Positions 1 to 18,824 are shown, counted from the stretch's first letter. The stretch is DNA of 64,000 bases from the human T2T-CHM13v2.0 reference genome, Homo sapiens (GCF_009914755.1 NC_060926.1), one strand, 5' to 3'. Made by a program: numbers and translations. The notes: a model not told the origin generated them from the letters alone.

Positions 1-3000
1 AGCCAGCCAAGCCGGCCAAGCCACTCAGCCAGCCAAGATGGCCAAGCCACCCAGTCAAGCCAGCCAAGCCAGCAAGCCAGCCAAGCCAGGCATGCCAGCC
101 AAGCCATCCAGCCAGCTAAGCCAGCCGGCTAGCCAAGCCAGCCAAGCCACCCGGCCAGCCAAGCCAGCCAGCCAAGCCAGCCAAGCCAGCCAACCAGTCA
201 AGCCAGTCAGCTAGCCAAGCCAGCCAAGCCACCCGGCCAGCCAAGCCAGCCAGCCAACCCAGCCAAACCAGCCAACCAGCCAAGACAGTCAGCTAGCCAA
301 GCCAGCCAACCAGCCAGCCAGTCAAGCCGGCCAGCCTGCCAGCCAACCAAGCCGGCCAGACAGCCAAGGCAGCCAAGCCAGCCAAGCCACCGACCCAGCC
401 AAGCCACCCAGCAAGCCAAGACAGCCAAGCCAGCCAAACCAGCCTGCCAGCCAAGCCAGCCAAGACATCCAGCCTGCCAAGCCAGCTGGCCAGCCAAGCT
501 AGCCAATCCACTCACCCACTCAAGCCAGCCAAGTCACCCGGCCAGCCAAGCCAGCCAAGCCAGCCAGCCAGCCCAGACAGCCAAGCCAGCCAGCCCAGAC
601 AGCCAAGCCAGCCAGCCAGCCAAGCCAGCCGAGCCAGCCAAGCCACACAGCCAGCCAAGCCACCCAGCCAGCCAAGACAGCCAGCAAGCCAGCCAGACAG
701 CCAAGCCAGCCAGCCACCCAGCCAGCCAGGCCGGCCAGCCACCCAGCCAGCCAGGCCAGCCAGCCATCCAGCCAGCCAGGTCAGCCTGCCACCCAGCCAG
801 CCAAGACAGACAAGCCAGCCAAGCCAGCCAGCCACCCAGCCAGCCAGGCCAGCCAGCCACGCAGTCAGCCCAGACAGCCAAGTCAGCCAGCCAGCCAAGG
901 CAGCCAAGCCAGCCAACCAAACAAGAGAGCCAGCCAACCAAGCCAGCCAAGCCAGCCAGCTAGCCAAGCCACCCAGCCAGCCAGCCAGCCAAACCAGCCA
1001 AGCCACCCAGCCAGCCAAGCCAGCCAAGCCAATCAGCCAGCCAGGCAGACAGCCACCCAAGCCAGCCAAGCCAGCCAAGCCATCCAAGTCAGCCAGCCAG
1101 CCAGCCAGCCAAGCCAGCCAAGCCTCCCAGCCAGCCAAGCCAGCCAAGCCACCAAGCCAGCCAAGCCAGCCAAGCCACCTAGCCAGCCAGGCCCGCCAGC
1201 CAGCCAGCCAGCTAGCCAAGCCAGCCAAGCCAGCCACCCTGCCAAGCCAGCCGGCCAGCCAAGCTAGGCAATCCACTCAGCCACTCAAGCCAGCCAAGTC
1301 ACCCGACCATCCAAGCCAGCCAAGCCAGTCAGCCAGCCCAGACAGCCAAGCCAGCCAAGCCAGCCAAGCCAGCCAAGCCCGCCAACCAGCCAAGACAGGC
1401 ATGCTAGCCAAGCCAGCCAGGCAGCCAAGCCAGCCAGGCAGCCAAGCCAGCCAAGCCAGCCAGCAAGCAAAGCCAGGCATGTCAGCCAAGCCAGCCAGGC
1501 AGCCAAGCCAGCCAAGCCAGCCAGCCAGCCAAGCCAGGCATGCCAGCCAAGCCATCCAGCCAACTAAGCCAGCCGGCTAGCCAAGCCAGCCAAGCCACCC
1601 AGCCAGCCAAGCCAGCCAGCCAAGCCAGCCAAGCCAGACAAGCCAGCCAACCAGCCAAGCCAGCCAGCTAGCCAAGCTACCTAGCCAGCCAGCCAGCCAA
1701 ACCAGCCAAGCCACCCAGCCAGCCAAGCCACCCAGCCAGCCAAGCCAGCCAAGCCAATCAGCCAGCCAGGCAGCCAGCCACCCAAGCCAGCCAAGCCAGC
1801 CAAGCCAGCCAAGCCAGCCAGCCACCCAGCCAGCCAAGCCAGCCAAGCCTCCCAGCCAGCCAAGCCAGCCAAGCCACCCAGCCAGCCAAGCCAGCCAAGC
1901 CACCCGGCCATCCAAGCCAGCCAAGCCAGTCAGCCAGCCCAGACAGCCAAGCCAGCCAAGCCAGCCAAGCCTGCCAACCAGCCAAGAAAGGCATGCTAGC
2001 CAAGCCATCCAAGTCAGCCAGCCAGCCAGCCAGCCAAGCCAGCCAAGCCTCCCAGCCAGCCAAGCCAGCCAAGCCACCAAGCCAGCCAAGCCAGCCAAGC
2101 CACCTAGCCAGCCAGGCCCACCATCCAGCCAGCCAGCTAGCCAAGCCAGCCAAGCCAGCCACCCTGCCAAGCCAGCCGGCCAGCCAAGCTAGGCAATCCA
2201 CTCAGCCACTCAAGCCAGCCAAGTCACCCGACCATCCAAGCCAGCCAAGCCAGTCAGCCAGCCCAGACAGCCAAGCCAGCCAAGCCAGCCAAGCCAGCCA
2301 AGCCCGCCAACCAGCCAAGACAGGCATGCTAGCCAAGCCAGCCAGGCAGCCAAGCCAGCCAAGCCAGCCAGCAAGCAAAGCCAGGCATGTCAGCCAAGCC
2401 AGCCAGGCAGCCAAGCCAGCCAAGCCAGCCAGCCAGCCAAGCCAGGCATGCCAGCCAAGCCATCCAGCCAACTAAGCCAGCCGGCTAGCCAAGCCAGCCA
2501 AGCCACCCAGCCAGCCAAGCCAGCCAGCCAAGCCAGCCAAGCCAGACAAGCCAGCCAACCAGCCAAGCCAGCCAGCTAGCCAAGCTACCTAGCCAGCCAG
2601 CCAGCCAAACCAGCCAAGCCACCCAGCCAGCCAAGCCACCCAGCCAGCCAAGCCAGCCAAGCCAATCAGCCAGCCAGGCAGCCAGCCACCCAAGCCAGCC
2701 AAGCCAGCCAAGCCAGCCAAGCCAGCCAGCCACCCAGCCAGCCAAGCCAGCCAAGCCTCCCAGCCAGCCAAGCCAGCCAAGCCACCCAGCCAGCCAAGCC
2801 AGCCAAGCCACCCGGCCATCCAAGCCAGCCAAGCCAGTCAGCCAGCCCAGACAGCCAAGCCAGCCAAGCCAGCCAAGCCTGCCAACCAGCCAAGAAAGGC
2901 ATGCTAGCCAAGCCAGCCAGGCAGCCAGGCCAGCCAGGCAGCGAAGCCAGCCAAGCCAGCCAGCAAGCAAAGCCAGGCATGCCAGCCAAGCCAGCCAACC

Positions 3001-4031
3001 AGCCCAGCCAGCCAGCTAGCCAAGCCACCCAGCCAGCCAGCCAGCCAAACCAGCCAAGCCACCCAGCCAGCCAAGCCACCCAGCCAGCCACGCCAGCCAA
3101 GCCAATCAGCCAGCCAGGCAGCCAGCCACCCAGCCAGCCAAGCAGGCCAAGCCACCTAGCCAGCCAGGCCCGCCAGCCAGCCAGCCAGGCAGCCAAGCCA
3201 GCCAAGCCAGTCAAGCCCGACAGCCAGCCAAGACAGGCATGCCAGCCAAGCCAGCCAGGCAGCCAAGCCAGCCAAGCCAGCCAGCCAGCCAAGCCAGGCA
3301 TGCCAGCCAAGCCATCCAGCCAACTAAGCCAGCCGGCTAGCCAAGCCAGCCAAGCCACCCGGCCGGCCAAGCCAGCCAAGCCGGCCAAACCAGCCAACCA
3401 GCCAAGCCAGCCAGCCATCCAAGCCAGCCAAGACAGCCAGCCAGCCAAGCCAGTCAAGCCAGCCATACAGCCAAGCCAGCCAAGCCAGGCAAGCCACCCA
3501 GCCAGCCAAGCCATCTAGCCATCAAGCCAGTCAGGCCAGCCAGCCAGCCTGCCAAGCCGGCCACCCACCAAGCCAGCCAGCCATCCACGCCCGCCAAGCC
3601 AGTTAGCCAGCCAGCCAAGCCACCCAGCCAGCCAAGCCAGCCAAGCCACACAGCCAGCCAAGCCACCCAGCCAGCCAAGACAGCCAAGCCACACAGCCAG
3701 CCAAGCCATCCAGCCAGCCAAGACAGCCAAGCCAGCCAAGCCATCCAGCCAGCCACGCAAGCCAAGCCAGCCAGCCAGCCAAGCAATCCATGCCAGCCAA
3801 GCCATCCAGCCAGCCAAGCGAGGCGTCCGGCCAAGCCACCCCACCAGCCAAGCCAGCCAGCCAGCCAGCCAGCCAGCCAAGCCACCCAGCCAACTAAGCC
3901 AGCCAAGCCACCCAGCCAGGCATGCCAGCCAAGCCACCCAGCCAGCCAAGCCTGTCAGCCAGCGAACCAGCCAAGCCAGCCATGCCAGCCAGCCAGCCAA
4001 GCCATACAAGCCAGCCAGCCAGCCATGCCAG
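1..4031. repeat. GCCA/GCCAA satellite (GCCAGCCAA-based), block 1; continues off the left edge
   Basis: Continuous mix of GCCA and GCCAA units with variants (GCCACCCA, GACA, GCTA, GTCA); + strand almost free of T. Confidence 0.97.
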
Positions 4032-6800
<2,769 letters not shown>

Positions 6801-9800
6801 CAAACCAAGCCAGCGAAGCCAGCCAGCCAAGCCAGTCAAGCGACCCAGCCAGCCAGCCAGCCAGCTAAGCCACCCAACCAGCCAGCCTGCCAAGCCAGCC
6901 AAGCCAGCCAACCAGCCAGCCAGCCAAGTCAGCCAAGCCAGCTAGCCAGCTAGCCAGCCAAGTCAGCCAAGCCAGCTAGCCAGCCAAGTCAGCCAAGCCA
7001 GCTAGCCAGCTAGCCAGCCAAGTCAGCCAAGCCAGCTAGCCAGCCAAGCCAGCCAGCCAGCCAAGCCAGCGAAGACACCCAGCCAGCCAAGCAAGCCAAG
7101 CCACCCAGCCAGCCAAGCCAGGCAAACAACCCAGCCAGCCAAGCCAGTCAAGCCAGCCAGCCAGCCAAGCCAGCCAAGCCACCCAGCCAGCCAAGCTGGC
7201 CAAGCCACTCAGTCAGCCAAGCCAGCCAGCCAGCCAAGCCGGCCAAGCCACTCAGCCAGCCAAGATGGCCAAGCCACCCAGTCAAGCCAGCTAAGCCAGC
7301 CAGGCAGCCAAGCCAGCGAAGACACCCAGCCAGCCAAGCAAGCCAAGCCACCCAGCCAGCCAAGCCTGCCAAGAGACCCAGCAACCCAAGCCAGCCAAGA
7401 CACCCAGCCAGCCAAGCTAGCCAAGACACCCAGCCAGCGAAGCCAGCCAGCCAGCCAGCCAGCCAAGCCTGCCAAGCCACCCAGCCAGCCAAGCCAGGCA
7501 AACAACCCAGCCAGCCAAGCCAGTCAAGCCAGCCAGCCAGCCAAGCCGGCCAAGCCACCCAGCCAGCCAAGCTGGCCAAGCCACTCAGCCAGCCAAGCCA
7601 GCCAGCCAGCCAAACCGGCCAAGCCACTCAGCCAGCCAAGATGGCCAAGCCACCCAGTCAAGCCAGCTAAGCCAGCCAGACAGCCAAGCCAGCCAAGCCA
7701 GCCAAGACCTCTAGCCAGCCAAGAAAGGCATGCCAGCCAAGCCAGCCAACCAGCCAGACAGCCCAGCCAGACAGCCAGCCCAGGCAGCCAAGAGACCCAA
7801 GCCAGCCAGCGAAGCTGGCCAACCCAGCCAAGCCAGTCAGCCAAGCCAGCCAAGCCGGCCACCCAGCCAAGCCAGCCAAGCCAGCCAACCAGCCAGACAG
7901 CACAGCCAGACAGCCAGCCCAAGCAGCCAAACCAGACAAGCCAGCCAGCCAAGCCAGCCAAGCCAGCCAAGCCAGCCAGCCAGCCAAGACAGCCAAGCCA
8001 GTCAAGCCAGGCAAGCCAGCGAGCCAGCCAAGCCAGTCAACCCAGCCAGCCAAGCCAGCCAAGACAGCCAGCCAGCCAAGCCGGCCAAGCCAGACAGCCA
8101 AGCAAGCCATGGAAGCCAGACAGCCAGCCAGCCAAGCCAGTCAAGCCAGCCAGCCAGCCAAACCAGCCAAGCCAGCCAACCCAGCCAGCCAAGCCAGCCA
8201 AGCCAGCCAAGCCAGTCAGCCAGAAAAGCCAGCCAAGCCTGCCAGCCAGTCAAGCCAGCCAAGCCAGCCAGCCAGCCAAGCCAGCGAAGACACCCAGCCA
8301 GCCAAGCAAGCCAAGCCACCCAGCCAGCCAAGCAGCCTGCCAAGAGACCCAGCAACCCAAGCCAGCCAAGACACCCAGCCAGCCAAGCTAGCCAAGACAC
8401 CCAGCCAGCGAAGCCAGCCAGCCAGCCAGCCAGCCAAGCCTGCCAAGCCACCCAGCCAGCCAAGCCAGGCAAACAACCCAGCCAGCCAAGCCAGCCAAGC
8501 CAGCCAAGCCAGCCAGCCACCCAGCCAGCCAAGCCAGCCAAGCCTCCCAGCCAGCCAAGCCAGCCAAGCCACCCAGCCAGCCAAGACAGCCAAGCCACAC
8601 AGCCAGCCAAGCTGGCCAAGCCACTCAGCCAGCCAAGCCAGCCAGCCAGCCAAGCCGGCCAAGCCACTCAGCCAGCAGCCAAGCTGCCCAAGCCACTCAG
8701 CCAGCCAAGCCAGCCAGCCAGCCAAGCCGGCCAAGCCACTCAGCCAGCCAAGATGGCCAAGCCACCCAGTCAAGCCAGCCAAGCCAGCAAGCCAGCCAAG
8801 CCAGGCATGCCAGCCAAGCCATCCAGCCAGCTAAGCCAGCCGGCTAGCCAAGCCAGCCAAGCCACCCGGCCAGCCAAGCCAGCCAGCCAAGCCAGCCAAG
8901 CCAGCCAACCAGTCAAGCCAGTCAGCTAGCCAAGCCAGCCAAGCCACCCGGCCAGCCAAGCCAGCCAGCCAACCCAGCCAAACCAGCCAACCAGCCAAGA
9001 CAGTCAGCTAGCCAAGCCAGCCAACCAGCCAGCCAGTCAAGCCGGCCAGCCTGCCAGCCAACCAAGCCGGCCAGACAGCCAAGGCAGCCAAGCCAGCCAA
9101 GCCACCGACCCAGCCAAGCCACCCAGCAAGCCAAGACAGCCAAGCCAGCCAAAACAGCCTGCCAGCCAAGCCAGCCAAGACATCCAGCCTGCCAAGCCAG
9201 CTGGCCAGCCAAGCTAGCCAATCCACTCACCCACTCAAGCCAGCCAAGTCACCCGGCCAGCCAAGCCAGCCAAGCCAGCCAGCCAGCCCAGACAGCCAAG
9301 CCAGCCAGCCCAGACAGCCAAGCCAGCCAGCCAGCCAAGCCAGCCGAGCCAGCCAAGCCACACAGCCAGCCAAGCCACCCAGCCAGCCAAGACAGCCAGC
9401 AAGCCAGCCAGACAGCCAAGCCAGCCAGCCACCCAGCCAGCCAGGCCGGCCAGCCACCCAGCCAGCCAGGCCAGCCAGCCATCCAGCCAGCCAGGTCAGC
9501 CTGCCACCCAGCCAGCCAAGACAGACAAGCCAGCCAAGCCAGCCAGCCACCCAGCCAGCCAGGCCAGCCAGCCACGCAGTCAGCCCAGACAGCCAAGTCA
9601 GCCAGCCAGCCAAGGCAGCCAAGCCAGCCAACCAAACAAGAGAGCCAGCCAACCAAGCCAGCCAAGCCAGCCAGCTAGCCAAGCCACCCAGCCAGCCAGC
9701 CAGCCAAACCAGCCAAGCCACCCAGCCAGCCAAGCCAGCCAAGCCAATCAGCCAGCCAGGCAGCCAGCCACCCAAGCCAGCCAAGCCAGCCAAGCCATCC

Positions 9801-11821
9801 AAGTCAGCCAGCCAGCCAGCCAGCCAAGCCAGCCAAGCCTCCCAGCCAGCCAAGCCAGCCAAGCCACCAAGCCAGCCAAGCCAGCCAAGCCACCTAGCCA
9901 GCCAGGCCCGCCAGCCAGCCAGCCAGCTAGCCAAGCCAGCCAAGCCAGCCACCCTGCCAAGCCAGCCGGCCAGCCAAGCTAGGCAATCCACTCAGCCACT
10001 CAAGCCAGCCAAGTCACCCGACCATCCAAGCCAGCCAAGCCAGTCAGCCAGCCCAGACAGCCAAGCCAGCCAAGCCAGCCAAGCCAGCCAAGCCCGCCAA
10101 CCAGCCAAGACAGGCATGCTAGCCAAGCCAGCCAGGCAGCCAAGCCAGCCAAGCCAGCCAGCAAGCAAAGCCAGGCATGTCAGCCAAGCCAGCCAGGCAG
10201 CCAAGCCAGCCAAGCCAGCCAGCCAGCCAAGCCAGGCATGCCAGCCAAGCCATCCAGCCAACTAAGCCAGCCGGCTAGCCAAGCCAGCCAAGCCACCCAG
10301 CCAGCCAAGCCAGCCAGCCAAGCCAGCCAAGCCAGACAAGCCAGCCAACCAGCCAAGCCAGCCAGCTAGCCAAGCTACCTAGCCAGCCAGCCAGCCAAAC
10401 CAGCCAAGCCACCCAGCCAGCCAAGCCACCCAGCCAGCCAAGCCAGCCAAGCCAATCAGCCAGCCAGGCAGCCAGCCACCCAAGCCAGCCAAGCCAGCCA
10501 AGCCAGCCAAGCCAGCCAGCCACCCAGCCAGCCAAGCCAGCCAAGCCTCCCAGCCAGCCAAGCCAGCCAAGCCACCCAGCCAGCCAAGCCAGCCAAGCCA
10601 CCCGGCCATCCAAGCCAGCCAAGCCAGTCAGCCAGCCCAGACAGCCAAGCCAGCCAAGCCAGCCAAGCCTGCCAACCAGCCAAGAAAGGCATGCTAGCCA
10701 AGCCAGCCAGGCAGCCAGGCCAGCCAGGCAGCGAAGCCAGCCAAGCCAGCCAGCAAGCAAAGCCAGGCATGCCAGCCAAGCCAGCCAACCAGCCCAGCCA
10801 GCCAGCTAGCCAAGCCACCCAGCCAGCCAGCCAGCCAAACCAGCCAAGCCACCCAGCCAGCCAAGCCACCCAGCCAGCCACGCCAGCCAAGCCAATCAGC
10901 CAGCCAGGCAGCCAGCCACCCAGCCAGCCAAGCAGGCCAAGCCACCTAGCCAGCCAGGCCCGCCAGCCAGCCAGCCAGGCAGCCAAGCCAGCCAAGCCAG
11001 TCAAGCCCGACAGCCAGCCAAGACAGGCATGCCAGCCAAGCCAGCCAGGCAGCCAAGCCAGCCAAGCCAGCCAGCCAGCCAAGCCAGGCATGCCAGCCAA
11101 GCCATCCAGCCAACTAAGCCAGCCGGCTAGCCAAGCCAGCCAAGCCACCCGGCCGGCCAAGCCAGCCAAGCCGGCCAAACCAGCCAACCAGCCAAGCCAG
11201 CCAGCCATCCAAGCCAGCCAAGACAGCCAGCCAGCCAAGCCAGTCAAGCCAGCCATACAGCCAAGCCAGCCAAGCCAGGCAAGCCACCCAGCCAGCCAAG
11301 CCATCTAGCCATCAAGCCAGTCAGGCCAGCCAGCCAGCCTGCCAAGCCGGCCACCCACCAAGCCAGCCAGCCATCCACGCCCGCCAAGCCAGTTAGCCAG
11401 CCAGCCAAGCCACCCAGCCAGCCAAGCCAGCCAAGCCACACAGCCAGCCAAGCCACCCAGCCAGCCAAGACAGCCAAGCCACACAGCCAGCCAAGCCATC
11501 CAGCCAGCCAAGACAGCCAAGCCAGCCAAGCCATCCAGCCAGCCACGCAAGCCAAGCCAGCCAGCCAGCCAAGCAATCCATGCCAGCCAAGCCATCCAGC
11601 CAGCCAAGCGAGGCGTCCGGCCAAGCCACCCCACCAGCCAAGCCAGCCAGCCAGCCAGCCAGCCAGCCAAGCCACCCAGCCAACTAAGCCAGCCAAGCCA
11701 CCCAGCCAGGCATGCCAGCCAAGCCACCCAGCCAGCCAAGCCTGTCAGCCAGCGAACCAGCCAAGCCAGCCATGCCAGCCAGCCAGCCAAGCCATACAAG
11801 CCAGCCAGCCAGCCATGCCAG
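6801..11821. repeat. GCCA/GCCAA satellite, block 2
   Basis: Same motif; from 8716 onward it repeats the sequence that starts at position 1. Confidence 0.97.
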
Positions 11822-14590
<2,769 letters not shown>

Positions 14591-16039
14591 CAAACCAAGC
14601 CAGCCAAGCCAGCCAGCCAAGCCAGTCAAGCGACCCAGCCAGCCAGCCAGCCAGCTAAGCCACCCAACCAGCCAGCCTGCCAAGCCAGCCAAGCCAGCCA
14701 GCCAGCCAGCCAGCCAAGCCAGCCAAGCCAGCCAAGTCAGCCAAGCCAGCTAGCCAGCCAAGTCAGCCAAGCCAGCTAGCCAGCTAGCCAGCCAAGTCAG
14801 CCAAGCCAGCTAGCCAGCCAAGCCAGCCAAGCCAGCCAGCCAGCCAGCCAGCAAAGCCACTCAGCCAGCCAGGCAGCCAAGCCAGCCAAGACAGCCAGCC
14901 AGCCAGCCAGCCAAGCCAGCCAAGCCAGCCAGCCAGCCAAGCCAGTGAAGCCACAAAGCCAGCCAAGCCAGCCAAGCCAGCCAAGCCAGCCAGCCAACCA
15001 GCCAGCCAAGCCAGCCAAGCCTCCCAGCCAGCCAAGCCAGCCAAGCCAGCCAGGCCCGCCAGCCAGCCAAGACAGGCATGCCAGCCAAGCCAGCCAGGCA
15101 GCCAAACCAGCCAAGCCAGCCAGGCCCGCCAGCCAGCCAAGACAGGCATGCCAGCCAAGCCAGCCAGGCAGCCAAGTCAGCCAAGCCAGCCAGCAAGCAA
15201 AGCCAGGCATGCCAGCCAAGCCAGCCAGGCAGCCAAGCCAGCAAAACTAGCCAGCCAACCAAGCCAGGCATGCCAGCCAAGCCATCCAGCTAGCTAAGCC
15301 AGCCGGCTAGCCAAGCCAGACAAGCCACCCGGCCATCCAACCAGCCAGCCAAGCCAGCCAAGCCAGCCAACCAGCAAAGCCAGTCAGCTAGCCAAGCCAG
15401 CCAACCAGCCAGCCAGCTAAGCCGGCCAGCCTGCCAGCCAACCAAGCCGGCCAGACAGCCAAGGCAGCCACGCCGGCCAGGCAGCCAAGCCAGCCAAGCC
15501 ACCGACCCAGCCAAGCCAGCCAAGCCACCCAGACAGCCCAGACAGCCAAGCCAGGCAGCCAGCCAAGCCAGCCAGCCAGCAAAGCCAGGCAGCCAGCCAA
15601 GCCAGTCAAGCCAGACAGCCAGTCAAGCCAGCCAGCCAGCCAAGCGAGCCAAGCCAGCCAGCCAGCCAAACCAGCCAAGCCAGCCAGCCAGCCAGCCAGC
15701 CACGCCAGCCAGCCACCCAGCCAGCCAGCCAGCCAAGCCAGCCAGCCACCCAGCCAGCCAGGCCAGCCAGCCACCCAGCCAGCCAGCCAGCCAAGCCAGC
15801 CAGCCACCCAGCCAGCCAGGCCAGCCAGCCACCCAGCCAGCCAAGCCAGCCAGCCACCCAGCCAGCCAGGCCAGCCTGCCACACAGCCAGCCAAGCCAGA
15901 CAAGCCTGCGAAGCCAGTCAGCCACCCAGCCAGCCACCCAGTCAGCCAAGCCATCCAAGCCAGCCAGCCAGCACAGACAGCCAAGCCAGCCACCCAGTCA
16001 GCCAAGCCATCCAAGAGAGCCAGCCAGCCCAGACAGCCA

Positions 16040-16072
<33 letters not shown>

Positions 16073-17288
16073 CGCCAGCCAGCCACCCAGCCAGCCAGCC
16101 AGCCAAGCCAGCCAGCCACCCAGCCAGCAAGGCCAGCCAGCCACCCAGCCAGCCAAGCCAGCCACCCAGCCAGCCAAGCCAGCCAGCCACCCAGCCAGCC
16201 AGGCCAGCCTGCCACCCAGCCAGCCAAGCCAGACAAGCCTGCAAAGCCAGTCAGCCACCCAGCCAGCCAGGCCAGCCAGCCACCCAGTCAGCCAAGCCAT
16301 CCAAGCCAGCCAGCCAGCACAGACAGCCAAGCCAGCCACCCAGTCAGCCAAGCCATCCAAGAGAGCCAGCCAGCCCAGACAGCCAAGCTAGCCAGCCAGC
16401 CAGGCAAGCCAGCCAAGCAAGCCAGCAAGCCAGCCAGCCAAGCCAGCCAGCCAAACCAGCCAAGCCACCCAGCCAGCCAAGCCACCCAAGACACCCAGCC
16501 AGCCAGCCAGCCAAGCCAGCCAAGCCACCCAGCCAGCCAAGCCGGCCAAGCAAGCCAGCCAAGCCAGCCAAGCCAGCCAAGCCTGCAAAGCCAGCCAGCC
16601 AGCAAAGCCAGCCAAGTCAGCCTGCCAAGCCAGCCAAGACATCCAGCAAGCCAAGCCAGCCAAGCCAGCTAGCCAAGCCAGCCAAGCCAGCCAAGCCCGC
16701 CAAGCCAGCCAAGCCAGCCAAGGCAGCCAAGCCAGTCAGCCAGCCAAGCTAGCCAAGCCAGGCAGCCATCCAAGCCAGCCAGCCATCCAAGCCAATGAAG
16801 CCAGCCAGCCAGCCAAGCCACCCAAGCCAGCCAAGCCAGCCAACTCAGCCAGCCAGCCAAGCCAGCCAAGCCAGCCAGCCAGTCAATCCAGCCAAGCCAG
16901 CCAGCCAACCAAGCCAGCTAAACCAGCCAGCCAGTCAATCCAGCCAAGCCAGCCAGCCAACCAAGCCAGCTAAACCAGCCAGCCTGCCAAGCCAGCCAAG
17001 CCAGCCAGCCAGCCAGGCCAGCCAGCCAGCCCAGCAAGCCAAGCCAGCCAGCCACCCAGCCACCCAAGACAGCTAAACCAGCCAGCCTGCCAAGCCAGCC
17101 AAGCCAGCCAGCCAGCCAGGCCAGCCAAGCCAGCCAAGCCATTCAAGCCAGCCAGCCAGCCCAGCCAGCCAAGCCAGCCAGCCAGCCCAGCCAGCCCAGC
17201 CAGCCCAGCCAGCCAGCCAACCCAGCCACCGCTGCCAGCCCAGCCAGCCACACAAGCCAGCCAAGTCAGCCAGCCAGCCAAGCCAGCT
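14591..17288. repeat. GCCA/GCCAA satellite, terminal block
   Basis: Same motif; sub-repeat pattern differs after ~14830; ends abruptly at AGCCAGCTGGAAAGAG. Confidence 0.96.
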
Positions 17289-17680
17289 GGAAAGAGAGAG
17301 AGAGAAAAGGGAAGGAAGGAAGGAAGGAAGGAAGGAAGGAAGGAAGGAAGGAGGAAGGAAGGAAGGAAGGGGAGAGAGAAAGAGAGAGATTGGGAGAGAG
17401 AGAGAGTGAGAGAGAGAGAAAGAAAGGAAAGGAAGGAAGGAAGGAAGGAAAGAAAGAAAGAGAGAAAGAAAGAAGGAGAGAGAGAAAGAAAGCAGGAAGT
17501 AAGGAAGGAAGGAGAGAAAGAAAGGAAGAAAGAAGGAAGGAAGGAGAGAGAGAAAGAAAGAAGAAAGAAAGAGAAAAAAGAAGGAAGGAAGGAGAGAGAG
17601 AAAGAAAGGAAGACAGAAGGAAGGAGAGACAGGGAAAGAAAGGAAGAAAGAAGAAAGAAAGATAAAGAAAGAAAGAGGAG
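17289..17680. repeat. Polypurine low-complexity tract, (GGAA)n/(GA)n/(GAAA)n
   Basis: About 390 bp of almost pure A/G including a GGAA run at ~17310-17350. Confidence 0.95.
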
Positions 17681-18778
17681 CAAATGTACACTGCTCAGGA
17701 ATCTCCTTTTCCTGTGGCCGGGGCAAGATTGTTTGCATTTTTCTCTGTAAGGAAAAAACAAAACCACACACACACACTACACACACACAGCAATAAGCTT
17801 TCATCCAGCCGGCACAAGACAGTTTCCTAGAGAATCTGTACACAGTCATGATGCTGGAGTCTCAATTTCAGATTGGGTTAAAGTGCCCTGCAAACCAGCA
17901 TTTGCAGAGGCCATGGGAGAGGTTACTGGGGAATTAAGAGCTGCAGAGATGAGGGTCTCCGGCCGTCACCTTTGCAGCTGCAGGAGAGAGGAGGTGATTA
18001 GGGAATCTCCGTGTTCCCTTCTGAGCCTGGCAGGTGTGTTGTCCCCACCCTGTCTCCAGCACCGCACAGTTCATTGCAATGCAAGCCCTGCTTTCGGGTT
18101 TAGCAAAGGTAACTCCCCCTGGCACCCCCAGGCTTCTGCTTCCAGCACAGCGACTGCGACGTGGTGTTTGCTCCTCGGTCCTCATACAGAATTTGCCCAC
18201 CTCAACTCAATCTTCCTCTCCCGGCGGTACCATTAATATTTTAATTTAATCAGAATTTCTGGGACTGGCTTGCCATCCTGAACAACCTAGTTACCTGTCA
18301 GCCTCTATCAGCTTGTCATATTAGAGAGGATTGTCCTGGGAATCTAATCTGCTTTAAATGATTTCATGGGGTGTTGGTCTATAAATCATCTCGACGCAAG
18401 CCTGACAACGTGAAGGCTTCAGTGGGTAAACAAACCACACTTGTTTTATTTTCAGCAGGCACAGACTTTGCTTTATCAACTTCTTATTGATTTTCGTGCT
18501 CCAAGAGGTCAAAAAAATGTTTTTGCTTCTCCTTTACATACAAAAACATTATTCGTAGAAGAGCTGTGGGCAGGCAACTCTCATTAACATAAGTTCTGAG
18601 ATTTGCAGGTGAGCTGGCTGGTTGGAGAAACGACACACACCTGTTTCAGCCAAGCCCCTGGTGGAGTTTGGAGTTTCCAAAATGTTGACTTTTCCTCTTT
18701 CTGGTCAAAATAGAAATTATATGGATATTAAGGAGCCCCAAGTGTCTTCAGGGATGTTGAGGAACCCTGGACATACAA

Positions 18779-18780
<2 letters not shown>

Positions 18781-18824
<44 letters not shown>

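Noticed and set aside
16970-17849. F/L/S-rich and E/R/K-rich ORFs (also 54638-55448)
   Set aside because: Translations of GA and CT low-complexity tracts.
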